From assembly GCA_965178125.1 (NCBI GenBank), contig OZ237736.1:806001-870000 (forward strand): a DNA stretch of 64,000 bases, written 5' to 3'. Each line of letters starts with the position of its first letter. Position 1 is the first letter of the stretch. The DNA comes from Bilabrum cf. latius (lineage: Eukaryota). Made by a program: the position numbers and the translations under genes. Shown piece after piece: positions 25,301-38,076 of this stretch. The notes beneath the pieces are model-generated. The model was given only the letters and a program-made list of their open reading frames with translations. It was not told where the DNA came from and did no database searches.

Positions 25301-27878
25301 TCCCTCCCCCTTTGCACCTCGCAATCGGTCGCCCACAGCACCAGCTCGCACTGCCCTCGAGGACATGACGCCGATACTGCACACGGCTCCCTCCCCCCTC
25401 TCCACCTCACACCCGGTCGCCCACAGCACCAGCTCGCACTGCCCTCGAGGACATGACGCCGATACTGCACACGGCTCCCTCCCCCCTCTCCACCTCACAC
25501 CCGGTCGCCCACAGCACCAGCTCGCACTGCCCTGGAGGACATGACGCCGATACTGCACACGGCTCTCGTCCCCCTCTCCACCTCACACCCGGTTGCCCAC
25601 AGCACCAGCTCGCACTGCCCTCGAGGACATGACGCCGATACTGCACACGGCTCCCTCCCCCCTCTCCACCTCACACCCGGTCGCCCACAGCACCAGCTCG
25701 CACTGCCCTGGAGGACATGACGCCGATACTGCACACGGCTCTCGTCCCCCTCTCCACCTCACACCCGGTCGCCCACAGCACCAGCTCGCACTGCCCTCGA
25801 GGACATGACGCCGATACTGCACACGGCTCCCTCCCCCCTCTCCACCTCACACCCGGTCGCCCACAGCACCAGCTCGCACTGCCCTCGAGGACATGACGCC
25901 GATACTGCACACGGCTCCCTCCCCCTTTGCACCTCGCAATCGGTCGCCCACAGCACCAGCTCGCACTGCCCTCGAGGACATGACGCCGATACTGCACACG
26001 GCTCTCGTCCCCCTCTCCACCTCACACCCGGTCGCCCACAGCACCAGCTCGCACTGCCCTCGAGGACATGACGCCGATACTGCACACGACTCCCTCCCCC
26101 CTCTCCACCTCACACCCGGTCACCCACAGCACCAGCTCGCACTGCCCTCGAGGACATGACGCCGATACTGCACACGGCTCCCTCCCCCCTCTCCACCTCA
26201 CACCCGGTTGCCCACAGCACCAGCTCGCACTGCCCTCGAGGACATGACGCCGATACTGCACACGGCTCCCTCCCCCCTCTCCACCTCACACCCGGTCGCC
26301 CACAGCACCAGCTCGCACTGCCCTCGAGGACATGACGCCGATACTGCACACGGCTCCCTCCCCCCTCTCCACCTCACACCCGGTCGCCCACAGCACCAGC
26401 TCGCACTGCCCTCGAGGACATGACGCCGATACTGCACACGGCTCTCGTCCCCCTCTCCACCTCACACCCGGTCGCCCACAGCACCAGCTCGCACTGCCCT
26501 GGAGGACATGACGCCGATACTGCACACGGCTCTCGTCCCCCTCTCCACCTCACACCCGGTCGCCCACAGCACCAGCTCGCACTGCCCTCGAGGACATGAC
26601 GCCGATACTGCACACGGCTCCCTCCCCCCTCTCCACCTCACACCCGGTCGCCCACAGCACCAGCTCGCACTGCCCTCGAGGACATGACGCCGATACTGCA
26701 CACGGCTCTCGTCCCCCTCTCCACCTCACACCCGGTCGCCCACAGCACCAGCTCGCACTGCCCTCGAGGACATGACGCCGATACTGCACACGGCTCCCTC
26801 CCCCCTCCCCACCTCACACCTGGTCGCCCACAGCACCAGCTCGCACTGCCCTCGAGGACATGACGCCGATACTGCACACGGCTCCCTCCCCCCTCTCCAC
26901 CTCACACCCGGTCGCCCACAGCACCAGCTCGCACTGCCCTCGAGGACATGACGCCGATACTGCACACGGCTCCCTCCCCCCTCTCCACCTCACACCCGGT
27001 CGCCCACAGCACCAGCTCGCACTGCCCTGGAGGACATGACGCCGATACTGCACACGGCTCTCGTCCCCCTCTCCACCTCACACCCGGTCGCCCACAGCAC
27101 CAGCTCGCACTGCCCTGGAGGACATGACGCCGATACTGCACACGGCTCCCTCCCCCCTCTCCACCTCACACCCGGTCGCCCACAGCACCAGCTCGCACTG
27201 CCCTGGAGGACATGACGCCGATACTGTACACGGCTCCCTCCCCCCTCTCCACCTCACACCCGGTCGCCCACAGCACCAGCTCGCACTGCCCTCGAGGACA
27301 TGACGCCGATACTGCACACGACTCCCTCCCCCCTCTCCACCTCACACCCGGTCGCCCACAGCACCAGCTCGCACTGCCCTCGAGGACATGACGCCGATAC
27401 TGCACACGGCTCCCTCCCCCCTCTCCACCTCACACCCGGTCGCCCACAGCACCAGCTCGCACTGCCCTGGAGGACATGACGCCGATACTGCACACGGCTC
27501 CCTCCCCCCTCCCCACCTCACACCTGGTCGCCCACAGCACCAGCTCGCACTGCCCTCGAGGACATGACGCCGATACTGCACACGGCTCCCTCCCCCCTCT
27601 CCACCTCACACCCGGTCGCCCACAGCACCAGCTCGCACTGCCCTGGAGGACATGACGCCGATACTGCACACGGCTCCCTCCCCCCTCTCCACCTCACACC
27701 CGGTCGCCCACAGCACCAGCTCGCACTGCCCTCGAGGACATGACGCCGATACTGCACACGGCTCCCTCCCCCCTCCCCACCTCACACCTGGTCGCCCACA
27801 GCACCAGCTCGCACTGCCCTGGAGGACATGACGCCGATACTGCACACGGCTCCCTCCCCCTTTGCACCTCGCAATCGG
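22396..27878. repeat. 88-bp tandem satellite, ~62 near-identical copies, with higher-order periods of 615 bp and 2198 bp
   Basis: Unit CCTCACACCCGGTCGCCCACAGCACCAGCTCGCACTGCCCT(C/G)GAGGACATGACGCCGATACTGCACACGGCTCCCTCCCCCCTCTCCA. ORF-track offsets are 88 bp, and variant patterns recur at +615 and +2198. Confidence 0.97.
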
Positions 27879-28279
27879 TTGTTGGTTGGCGTTTCCATTG
27901 AGTAGTTGTTGTACAACAATGAGTTGAGTTCAATGCTGGGCGGGAAAAGGATCTGTATTAGGGAAGGCATATATATTCAGATCCGGTGCTACTTATCATG
28001 AACTACAACTACATTATCGTAGATTAACAGTTAAAATTAGTCAGCGGTTGACACGCTAAGACAAGAGTGAACACAAACAACTTGAAGGTTTTGCGATAGC
28101 TTACAGTCGAACAAGTCCATATCTTCCCTAAATACCAGAAAACAAAAGCATAGCTGTAGCACGCTGCCTAAACATGAACGATAGTTAGCAAATTTGAAAA
28201 CCAGTAAGTGTTGGTATCCAGTTTTCGCCATGTCCTTGTAGCCATTCTAACAGCCGCCGGCGTGCAATGCATTTTTCTT

Positions 28280-28374
28280 TCTGGCAGGAACTGGCAGAAA
28301 CTGGCAGAAACTGGCAGAAACTGGCAGAAATTCTGGCAGAAATTCTGGCAGAACGGTTCCGTCAGACACAATAC
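28280..28374. repeat. Right array of CTGGCAGAAA decamers (~7) ending CAGACACAATAC; inverted partner of 20512-20620
   Basis: ctggcaggaa (ctggcagaaa)x4 ttctggcagaaattctggcagaa..gtcagacacaatac. Confidence 0.8.
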
Positions 28375-28467
28375 AGCGACAACACCCGCGCAGCCGGTTG
28401 CAACTGCCAGATTTTCTCAACGCTTCCGACCCCCGACCAATCTTTGCGAGGGCACCGAAGGTAACGA

Positions 28468-30624
28468 ATGGGTACATTGTGTAGTTGCGCACAATCAAAG
28501 TGGTGTGGAGCGTGAGAAATGCGATTGGGTGACCGCCCTGTGTGTGCTCGCTTGTACAACGATGTGGCTCCCGTGCGTTTTCCGTAGGCTTCTCCCATGC
28601 GTACTCTCCTCATCCGCAAACCGTGCAGGTATGATCCAGTACCCAGTCGATATTATGAGCGGCAATCGTTCCAGCGAATGGCAGATTTGCTGTTCTTGAC
28701 CGACTCAGACCTTCGAGCTCTGTGGCACGGTTTCAAGACGCTTCGCAAGCGGCGTGGAGACAAGAAAATAAGGGTGCTTGACTTGCTGCGTAAAGCAGAC
28801 ATATCACCAACACCATTCAGTTAGAGGGTGTTTGAAATTGCCGACCTGGCCGGCAAGAAGCAAGTAGACTTTCATGATTTTATCGTTAGCACCTGGAACT
28901 ACTGCACGCTGTCCCGCGACGGACTGATCGAGTTTGCCTGGGATGTGCTGCGAAGTGAAAACAATGGCGAAGTAGAGCTGACAGATTTGCGGCAGCTTAT
29001 CGAAGAAGTTCTGGGGAGTACGATGGGCCAGGCTAGCCGCGAATTTGTAAACGAGGCCGTTGCGCGATCGCCGCACATTGGGGTAACTGGGCGCCAGTTC
29101 TACCTCCTGGCGATCCGTGACGCCGAAATGCTCGCACCGGCGTACTGGCTGCAGGAGCACATGCGCTCCCTGGTAGCCTCCTACGGCTTCTGGCGCATGG
29201 CCACCGAGAAAAGAGCTATGTTCTTAAACAACCAGGCGTGGAAGGACCTCGTCAAGCAGCTCAACCCCCTGGGCCGAGCGGAACCGGGGTCTCTTCCCGC
29301 CGTGTCTGGGACCATCGCCGTTAAGAAAACTGCAGACATGCTCGGTTCGGGGGCCGGAGCAAGTGCTCCGAAGGAAGGCAAGATGCTCGGCAGCGCCGGG
29401 GGGGTGCCCACCATGAAGCCCGGTGGCATGGCCGCGCTGGCAGTCAAGGGGCCGGGAGGCGACAAGAAGACCCGCCGGGGCTCAGCAATGATGCAGATAC
29501 AGAGGCAGGGCAGATCCACCAGGCAACTGGACGGAGACGGTGGTGCTGCCGGTGGTGGTGCTGCGGGGGGCGGCACGTCCACGGTGCAGGAGGCTAGGGC
29601 TCTGATCCTGGGGGCGGGCGCCTCTGCAGCCGCCGAGTCCAAAGCTGGGGGCCCTTCAAGCAGCTCCGGGGACGCCAAACCCATGCGCAGTGAGGTCGCC
29701 AAGTATCTGCTGCCCGACGTGAGGATGGTGCACGTGGCCAATGCGGGAACGGGCGGCTACTACCCAAACAACCCGGAGGCTGCAGAGAGCATGCAGATGG
29801 GCCTCGACTCGCAAACCGCGCTGCAGCTGGCCAATCCGCCCGATGACGCCATCAAGGGCTACTACAGGAGGGCTCGTAAACACAACCTCCCGCAATACGT
29901 GCTTCACACAGACAACAACTCTGACGCTGCCCAGTTCTCAATCCCCGGCGTGGTGGACGGCGTGCGAGGCCGGTGGAGGCACGCCCGCGTTAGGGTGGAT
30001 CGGACCGACAAGATGAACGGCTTGGTGCGCGCGCGAGGCGGCGGATACTTTAGCGGGATGCCGTGCTCGTCGTCCAACGCCGAGCTGGACGGCCGCTTCG
30101 ACGCTGAGATCGTGAGGATCCCGCCCTCGTCCGCCAAGGCCACCCAGGACTTCCTGCGGAAAAGGGGCCTGGCCTCCAGGGCGGGGGATCGCGCAGAAGA
30201 GAAAGACAAGGAGAAGGGCAAGCCATCCACGGCCTCCGTGTTCCGCATGCCCCAGGCGGCAAGGGTGCTGGCTGGGATGCAGGGGCAGAGCGCCGCGCCA
30301 TCCGTGGCCGCCCCCGGGGAGCCCGTTAGGGACTTGCCCACCTACGGCACCCTCAGGGAACAGCACCGTGAGCTGGAGCTGCGCATGAGGGAGGAGGAGG
30401 ACGCTGCGATGGATCGGCAGGACGCTGCGCTTGATGCGCTCGATGAGGTGGACGAGGAGGAACGCGCGGCAGAGGCGAAGCGCAGGGCGAAGATGAGGCC
30501 GGGACGGCTGGCAGCTGTTCAGGAAGAGGCCGGGGACGAAATCAAGGCGAAGATGGCCGCTGAGGCGCATTCCAAAGCGGGGGGTGGCGGCAGCGGTGCG
30601 GCCGCCTCGATCAAGACCGATTGA
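28468..30624 (+). CDS. Calcineurin-B/CBL-like EF-hand protein with N-terminal MGxxCS acylation motif and long low-complexity tail; intron 28512-28628
   Basis: MGTLCSCAQ start; TPFS*RVFEIADLAGKKQVDFHDFIVSTWNYCTL..FAWDVLRSENNGEVELTDL. One in-frame TAG (28822); TGA end. Confidence 0.75.
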
Positions 30625-30786
30625 TTGCGCTCTCTCGCCATCGAGTGCCATCAATCATTGTGTGAAACAAGGACACAGGGTTGCATTATTCTCATGCTAT
30701 ATTGGTCTGTCGTGGACCACTCGTCCACGCCCCAAGCAAGCAAAGCAAGCAGCCCACCGACCTGACACGGAATCACACCCAGGATG

Positions 30787-32307
30787 TCATCGCAATCCGC
30801 CCTGCCTGGCAGCCTCCATCGCCTCTGCCTCCTCTTCGCCCCGCTGCATCTCCTCCCAACGCGCCTCCTCCTCCTGCTGCTTTCTCAAAGCCACAGCCTT
30901 CTGCGCTCTCTCCAGCTCCGCCCCCACTGCAGTGCCCTGCAGGTGCCTGCTCTCGTTCCTGTCGAACACGCTGCCCTTGGACCCACCCCCGCCTCTCTTC
31001 CGGAACTTGGCCACGCGCTGCACCACCACGCGCTCCCCTCTGGACAGAGAGGGGCGCACCCCCAGCTTCTTGAGTTCTCTCTGCATTCCCACGACGTCCG
31101 TGGGGAACTGAAACCTGCACAGCTTGCTGCAATTCGTCTGTACCTGCCTCCACAGGGCACGGATGTCCAGGCTGCAGCCCAGCCGGTGCAGGCTCACGTC
31201 CATCGAGGCACCGGCACCGGGCCCCGCTCCGCCGGAAGATAAAGATCCGGCGGCAGAGCCCGGGAATTCGGAATCTGGACGGGCGCGCTTCTGGCCCGCG
31301 CGTGGGCCACGCCTCGCTGCGGAACCAGGCCCAGAATGCGCGGCGCCCCACGCCTTGGCCATGCCCTCGTCGAAGGCTCTCTTCTGCTCCTGCTCCTCAG
31401 TGCTCCACTGGAGCGGTCTATCTGTCGTTACGGTCCTGTCTGGCCCGCCGTGCGGATGCGCGTACATCCACGACTGATGCAGCCTGTGCTTGCCGGTGGC
31501 AGTGGCGCCGAAATGTCCGCCGGTCTCCTTCACCGTGAGTGAGGGCTGGTCCTTGACCTTGCCTCGCTCCATCTCTCGCTCCACCAAAGCTGGTTCGGCG
31601 ATCATGCCTCGCCCGATCGTCATCTTGGCCTTTGCAACGTCTCCCGCAAGCATGGCGCTCTCAGCTGCTTTCTTCAGCTCGCGTGACATCGGGATCGCAT
31701 CCAAAGAAACACGAAAGGGATTCCCGTTCACAACGATCAGTTCGCCTCTGGCTATTTCATCGTCTATGCGTGCGCCCGGCTACAGCTTCAGCGTTCGCTC
31801 GCCTTCTCTGGCAGCGGCAGTGCCGCCAACTGGCACCACCAGCCTGTGGTCGATTTCTCCTCTAGCCGCCATTCCTACTCCCTCGTATGGATCCGCTCCG
31901 AGTCGAGGGAACACCCTGTCTCCAGATTGCCTGTCTAGGCTGTATACTCTGATACACTTGCCCGTGCGAACCAGCTCAGCGAGGTCTTCCTCAGAACCTG
32001 GGTACGCATCCTCAAGGTCCGCCGCGGACAGGCCCCTGGGTGATTTGGCAATAATATTAAGCATATCAACAACATCGTCCAAGATGATAGATGAAACGTA
32101 CCGAATCGTCTGTCGACGAGTTTCAACCTCAACTTTGGGGTTCTATTGCAAGGATTCCAGCAGCTATGCGCGACCAATAATGGGGATCCCAGTTCCCAAT
32201 GCAACTTCTACGAATGAGCACGGCCTTCTATTTGCGGGGCTCTTAATGAATTGAAGTATGCTCTGGATCTGCTCCCCCAGGGGAGCGAACGCTGGGATTG
32301 CCGCCAT
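30787..32307 (-). CDS. TFA2: Transcription initiation factor TFIIE beta subunit-like
   Basis: LLESLQ*NPKVEV, GLSAADLEDAYPG..DLAELV, DIRALWRQV..P..MQRELKKLG, NESRHL. Three in-frame TAGs; TGA 30787. Confidence 0.75.
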
Positions 32308-32470
32308 GGCCTAGCCCCACCTGCTTCACAGCCAATCCAAAGCAGTTCGAAGTAACCTTAATTACGTGTCTACCGTAAGCTGTGCTATAGTTGGCAACCG
32401 CAAGGGAAGAAGTGCGGCAGCGGGCGACGGAAGAGGAGGAGACTAAATGTGTATGAAAGCGCCGGCGGCT

Positions 32471-34249
32471 TCAATCTCCAAGTTCCAGCATGGTGTCGTC
32501 ATCCCTTGAAGCGAGCATGTCATCGCTGATTTGGGAGCCGCCAACTGCTTGCGATTCATCGTCTTGCATGCCGGTCGTTGCCTGGCCAGCCCCAGCCCCA
32601 GCCCCAGCCCCAGCCCCAGCCCCAGCCACAGCGCCGCCACTGCCTGGCTCTTGTCCCTGGCGCTGCTGCCCTAGCGGCTGATTCGCAGGCGCCGATTCCG
32701 AGTTTGGCACGGAGGGGATGTCATAGTCCCAGTAATCATCCGGGGTGGACTGGCAGGGCCTCTCCTGCTGGAACCGGGGGTCCTGCGCCCTCAGCTCCTT
32801 CCCCAACTCGAGCCCCGCTTCCTCCATGGCTCGGTACGCTGCATCTCTGCGCTTGGTCTCGAAGTCATTCATCCGCTCCGTGGGGATGTACCGCACCCGT
32901 GGCTTGCCCTATCGTGCCGCCCCAGCACCGGCTCCGGACGTTCCCGGCATTCCTCTTAGAATCTCGGGTGTCCTGCTGTACATGCTCGACCTGTCGTTCG
33001 AGGACCCATCGCCGCTGCCGCTCCCGCTGCTGCGTGCGCTCTTTGGAGTGACCTGCCCTGACCCACCCCCGGTCCTCCGACGCTTGCCGGGGGACGACTC
33101 TTTCTCCTCATTTTCCTCCTCCATATCCCCATTCCCATCCGCACCCGCATCAACATCGCACCCGCCACTTGGCGCACCCCCTCTCCCTCCGCCTCTCCCT
33201 CTCCCTCGCCCTTCCAAACGACCTCGTTTGCCCCCCAGCGCGGACTTACCCCCCCTGCTGACCGCCCCCTCCCCGCTCCCACCATCGATGACCCCTCGCG
33301 CCTGCCCCAACTGCGCGATGCCACGCCCTGTGGCAGGCGCGGACGAGGACGAGTCAGGCATGTCAGGCTCCCATAGCGAGGCAGCTGGCATCTGGTCTTG
33401 GATGCCCCCGCGCTGGGATAGGGGGAAGTCCCCCTGGCTGCCTCCGAGGCCGAGGCTGCCCCCCCACTCGCGTGCGGGGCGGGCTGGGCTCTGGCTACCC
33501 CCCCACTCGCGTGCGGGGCGGGCTGGGCTCTGGCTGCTGCCTGCCACGGGAGCCTGCAGGGCCTCTTCGGCGGGAGACTGAGAGCTGGCTTCCGGCTGGG
33601 GGCTACCTGCCAGCCGAATCTGGGGGCTAGCGGCAGCAGCAGCAGCTCTTTGCTGTGTTGAGCTGTGTGATATCTGGCGTTTACGAGCGGGCGAGCGGGC
33701 GACCGCAACAGCTGCACTAGTACTATTTAAGCTGGCATTGGACCTTCGTGGGGCCATCGAGCCAGAGCCACCGGCAGCTGGGCCACTACTTGGACCTGGT
33801 ATTGGCATTGTGCCTAGTGGTGGTTGGTCGGAGGAGCTGGACCTGGAGCTGGAGCTAGGGGCTAACGAGGCTCCCAGCCTTGGTCTGCGAGCGTCCTGCA
33901 TGTTGCTCTGTCCACGAACTGGGTACTGATCCTGAGTCTCGCTTGCGGCATGGCTGTGGGCTGGGCTGAGGATGGCTGCCCGGGGCATTTTGCCGGCACG
34001 CAGAGGGGCGGCACCAGCCTCTGAGCTCGATGCAGGCACGGCAGGAGCCCGCAACGACGAGGCGACCCCCCGCCCCTCTTCATGCGAAGAGCGCTTGTCG
34101 TCTGGGTTGCGGCTGCAATCCGACTCGTTGCCATCGACGCTGCTGTCGCTGTCGCTCACAACAGCCCTTTCGAACGCCTCATCTGCCCGGCGCTCCTCAG
34201 AAGAAGTTGTCGACTCTGCCCGGCTTGGGCTACCTTGCTGTGACGGCAT
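32471..34249 (-). CDS. Hypothetical low-complexity (Ser/Gly/Arg-rich) protein
   Basis: ORFs 32909-34249 and 32471-32896 are in one frame joined by TAG; TGA end. No domain recognised. Confidence 0.6.
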
Positions 34250-34685
34250 AGGATCAATCCTGCTTGGATTTTTTTAAAAAAAGGATCGGAGCAGAATACA
34301 GCCTTGCTGCTGGAGCAGCGAAGTACTTGCTTTCAAAACATGGAATTACGAAGCTAACCCTGTTGCGCTGGACGAGTCTTTCCCATACCTCTTGCGCTTT
34401 GCTAATTTGCTTTGTAGGGCAATTACGCGTATAAGACCTTGGAGTGAAGCCAGGTGCTCCTATGAGCGTTCAAACTGGTTCTCAAATCTTGTCAGAAGTG
34501 CAATTCGAAGGCTCTCTGGGCCCAGCCTCTGGTATGCAGACGCGAACTGCTGCTTTGAGGACAAATAATGCGGTATATCATTCATAATTGATGCTACGTG
34601 TTCATTGTCTTTCACAACACCTTTGCAGAACGCCATTTGTAGCGTAACTGCTCAAACATCACGTTACTATTATTATACGTACCCT

Positions 34686-36608
34686 TTTGGATGCAGAGCA
34701 GCGGACGCGGGAGAGACGGATGGGGAGTGGACCATCCCACTTGCCTCATCCTACCTGTACCTCGGTCTACTCATTTCGACCCAACCAGTACGGATCAGCC
34801 CAGATGAAGTAGCTGGGCTGACGCAGGCGAGAGACATCTGGGTAATTGATATGGCACCCCACGTACGCAGGAGGATTGCGATGGCGTACCGGGCGGCCAG
34901 GGACATCACACGAGCGGCGGTGAACGGCAACTGGGCGGTCTCCCTGCACGCCCAGCTGCTCCATGCAGGAGCAATCACGAGTGCATTCTACGGAGCAGAG
35001 GCAGCGGCATGTGCAACAGGATGGGACACCTTGTCAGGATTAGGATATGGTTCCCAAGTTTTCTACGGGATGGAACTGAACCTGGAAGTCCTCAAGATGC
35101 TGGACAAATTCCTGCTGGATACGCGCTGGATGATTGTCAGCGGATCGACACAGGTAAGGCCCTTCACCATGGGCGGTCGATACGTGCCAAACCTTGCGAT
35201 GGACACTGAGCTGCTGACGGCATCGGCAGCAGGGCGTGTTGCTATGGGCCTGCTGGACCTGATCGAGTGTCCCTCGAAGAAGGGCCTTGATGTTGCGGCC
35301 AGGTTCATCCACCAGGGCCGATTCCTGCAGGGACCACCAGTACAGACAGGCCCACTCGGGGCCGCGCTGGCACTGGGATTCAGGATCAAGATGGCAGGGT
35401 GGACCCACCGGATCGATGACGCGAAGGACTGGCTGGGATGCCAGGAGACTGCAAAAAAAGTCACAAAGTGGAGGAAATCCAAATCCGGAGCTGCTGACCG
35501 ATCGTTCACAAGCCTGAGCCTGGGATGCTCGCACGATCCGGCACTGTCGGATTGGGACCGGGAGAGAGCTGCGCTCGGAGTGGTCATGCTTAACCGGTAC
35601 GCAACGAAGGGACGGTATGCCTTCGGACCAGGAGCCATGCCAACAGCAGCGGTGGTGCAGGAATACGGCCACCAAGGAAGACGAATTCTGCGCATCCGAG
35701 CTGGACAATACCCGCAACAGGGCACGCCCAACCTTCAAGTGATGGGCACCGCGGTAGAGCAGATGGAGCGGGCCGAGCATGACCATCATGCCGGAACGAG
35801 ACCGTGGCAACCCGATGATGCGGATCAGAATAGAGGGAGGTCCCCTGCCTCCCTCCGGAAAGCATGGGCGAAGACAGCTCTCGCTCAGGACCCTTGGGAC
35901 GAGAAGCTGGAGCGCACCAGCAGGGCCAAGCCAATCGTCGAAGACGCACTCACTCGGATAGAGCGTACGATTGCGCGGTCATCGGAACGGACAGCTGTCA
36001 AGGAGCTGGCCAACCGAGTGGTGCAGGTGATCAGGAACCAGCTGCGCTAGCAGGAGTAGCTGACGTGCAGGCAGTGGATGCGAGGCGATGCGGCGGCTGC
36101 TCTTGCCGCCACGGCCACGCAAGAGCTGATAGCGGCAACCAATGCGAACGCTCGGCTACAGCGACGGATGTTTAAGCCCCACGGCTTGCTAAGGGACATA
36201 GAGAGGCAATGGGCCAAAGGCATGAGCGCGTGCATGCTAGCCTCTCTGAAGGATCGTGAGACGCAGAGACGGTCATGGAGGAGGAAATGGTGGGTTCCGG
36301 CAGGGGACCCTGATGTGGGACTGGACCGCGCTTTGTGCCGGGCACATGCTCCGCACCTGTATGCTTTCTCCCTGTGAAGGCATCAGGCTGAGGGCTTGTG
36401 GGGGACCACATTGATGGCGAATAAAGGGGACTCGGCGGTGTAGGCTGAGATTGGGGGGCCTTTGGCCTGAAAGGGTCGGGGGTCTTGTAGTCCTTGTTTG
36501 AGGACTCCTCTGGATTCAGGTGATCACTCGAACTCCTTCGGGGGCAACGGTGCATCTGGGTGCTTGTGGAATCTTTACCCAACAATGTATTTCTGTATTT
36601 CTGTATTT
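34686..36608 (+). mobile_element. 5'-truncated non-LTR retrotransposon (LINE), copy 1: RT C-terminus/thumb, C-terminal region, 3' UTR and (TGTATTTC)n tail
   Basis: IPLASSYLYLGLLI (YxYLG), HVRRRIAMAYRA and SAFYGAEA are non-LTR RT C-terminal motifs. The ORF runs through two TAGs to TGA 36377. Tail tgtatttctgtatttctgtattt; flanked by TACCCT. Confidence 0.85.
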
Positions 36609-36614
36609 TACCCT

Positions 36615-38076
36615 CGACACAGGTAAGGCCCTTCACCATAGGCGGTCGATACGTGCCAAACCTTGCGATGGACACTGAGCTGCTGACGGCATCGGCAGCA
36701 GGGCGTGTTGCTATGGGCCTGCTGGACCTGATCGAGTGTCCCTCGAAGAAGGGCCTTGATGTTGCGGCCAGGTTCATCCACCAGGGCCGATTCCTGCAGG
36801 GACCACCAGTACAGACAGGCCCACTCGGGGCCGCGCTGGCACTGGGATTCAGGATCAAGATGGCAGGGTGGACCCACCGGATCGATGACGCGAAGGACTG
36901 GCTGGGATGCCAGGAGACTGCAAAAAAAGTCACAAAGTGGAGGAAATCCAAATCCGGAGCTGCTGACCGATCGTTCACAAGTCTGAGCCTGGGATGCTCG
37001 CACGATCCGGCACTGTCGGATTGGGACCGGGAGAGAGCCGCGCTCGGAGTGGTCATGCTTAACCGGTACGCAACGAAGGGACGGTATGCCTTCGGACCAG
37101 GAGCCATGCCAACAGCAGCGGTGGTGCAGGAGTACGGCCACCAAGGAAGACGAATTCTGCGCATCCGAGCTGGACAATACCCGCAACAGGGCACGCCCAA
37201 CCTTCAAGTGATGGGCACCGCGGTAGAGCAGATGGAGCGGGCCGAGCATGACCATCATGCCGGAACGAGACCGTGGCAACCCGATGATGCGGATCAGAAT
37301 AGAGGGAGGTCCCCTGCCTCTCTCCGGAAAGCATGGGCGAAGACAGCTCTCGCTCAGGACCCTTGGGACGAGAAGCTGGAGCGCACCAGCAGGGCCAAGC
37401 CAATCGTCGAAGACGCACTCACTCGGATAGAGCGTACGATTGCGCGGTCATCGGAACGGACAGCTGTCAAGGAGCTGGCCAACCGAGTGGTGCAGGTGAT
37501 CAGGAACCAGCTACGCTAGCAGGAGTAGCTGACGTGCAGGCAGTGGATGCGAGGCGATGCGGCGGCTGCTCTTGCCGCCACGGCCACGCAAGAGCTGATA
37601 GCGGCAACCAATGCGAACGCTCGGCTACAGCGACGGATGTTTAAGCCCCACGGCTTGCTAAGGGACATAGAGAGGCAATGGGCCAAAGGCATGAGCGCGT
37701 GCATGCTAGCCTCTCTGAAGGACCGTGAGACGCAGAGACGGTCATGGAGGAGGAAATGGTGGGTCCCGGCAGGGGACCCTGATGTGGGACTGGACCGCGC
37801 TTTGTGCCGGGCACATGCTCCGCACCTGTATGCTTTCTCCCTGTGAAGGCATCAGGCTGAGGGCTTGTGGGGGACCACATTGATGGCGAATAAAGGGGAC
37901 TCGGCGGTGTAGGCTGAGATTGGGGGGCCTTTGGCCTGAAAGGGTCGGGGGTCTTGTAGTCCTTGTTTGAGGACTCCTCTGGATTCAGGTGATCACTCGA
38001 ACTCCTTCGGGGGCAACGGTGCATCTGGGTGCTTGTGGAATCTTTACCCAACAATGTATTTCTGTATTTCTGTATT
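36615..38076 (+). mobile_element. More deeply 5'-truncated copy 2 of the same LINE, in tandem
   Basis: Matches 35146-36608 at offset 1469 with about 8 substitutions; same tail; flanked by TACCCTCG. Confidence 0.9.

Noticed and set aside
22396-27878. CRISPR array or repeat-encoded protein
   Set aside because: There are no unique spacers and no cas genes, and the context is eukaryotic. The unit length of 88 is not a multiple of 3 and each strand meets a TGA within a few units, so the 79-108 aa ORFs are artefacts.
34605-34686. ORF-track N-terminus of the 481-aa LINE ORF as a real gene start
   Set aside because: It is flanking AT-rich DNA fused in frame to a 5'-truncated element; the catalytic RT core is absent.
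35146-38076. LTR pair or simple segmental duplication
   Set aside because: The repeats contain ORF, UTR and tail, have different 5' truncation points, and differ by mostly synonymous changes. This fits two LINE insertions.
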